DNA of 6,730 nt from the NCBI GenBank assembly GCA_051294375.1, contig JBJCIZ010000619.1, positions 1-6,730 on the forward strand, read 5' to 3'. Positions 6,493 through 6,730 of the stretch are shown in pieces (position 1 is the stretch's first letter; every line of letters starts with the position of its first letter). A program made the position numbers and the translations under genes. A model generated the notes under the pieces. The model was given only the letters and a program-made list of their open reading frames with translations, did not search any database and had not been told where the DNA came from. Source of the DNA: Paraspadella gotoi (taxonomy: Eukaryota > Animalia > Chaetognatha).

Positions 6493-6730
6493 CTTCACAA
6501 AATCCAAGAACCGACAGGTCAATCGAACTCATTCCTTTTCTCTCTCTCCGACGGAGACATGACGCCATCTGAATTCCAAAGACTCAAAATCGTCAAGGGA
6601 GAACGAGGAACATTCCGGTGTCCTGCAATTTCTGGCAGCATGGAGACGTGGGCAATCCTCTGGCAGATTGGTCAGATGGGAGGCAATGCCCGTCGGGGAC
6701 TTTGGAATGTAATCGTTGAAAATGTTACCG
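6493..6730 (+). CDS. Coding exon running off the right edge; hypothetical protein with weak TLDc-domain-like motif
   Basis: A strong acceptor is followed by 79 stop-free codons at higher GC: LHKIQEPTGQSNSFLFSLSDGDMTPSEFQRLKIVKGERGTFRCPAISGSMETWAILWQIGQMGGNARRGLWNVIVENVT. It is absent from the ORF track, probably because it has no stop inside the window. Confidence 0.6.

Noticed and set aside
1-6730. Prokaryotic operon, defence system, CRISPR array, rRNA/tRNA, or autonomous transposon
   Set aside because: Coding density is low, microsatellites and splice signals are present, and there is no repeat-spacer array, cloverleaf, or RT/DDE/Rep-helicase motif.

Overview
Eukaryotic nuclear-type DNA, probably from a microbial eukaryote (taxon not determinable). 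Short GC-richer, exon-like islands alternate with AT-rich, T-rich and GA/GAAA simple-repeat spacers, and several plausible GT..AG splice signals are present. No intact long ORF, rRNA, tRNA, CRISPR array or recognisable transposase/RT gene is visible, and most of the supplied ORFs are low-complexity or antisense artefacts. The best-supported coding pieces are a + strand exon running off the right edge (6493-6730, weak TLDc-like SFLFSL motif), a spliced minus-strand 3' end (3963-3786 joined to 3666-3611) and a minus-strand exon at the left edge. The most interesting but unproven signal is two interrupted minus-strand frames (about 4562-4148 and 1778-1511). Each shows AID/APOBEC-like deaminase motif spacing (an HxE-type motif, then [YF]R, then S-x-x-P about 25-28 residues on), and they resemble each other around the HxE, suggesting a possible decayed deaminase pair. 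The window also holds a kinase Gly-loop-like fragment, a degenerate interstitial telomere-like array, a 100-nt pure-purine tract and two hairpins sharing a motif. All protein-family calls come from reading by eye and need HMM confirmation.
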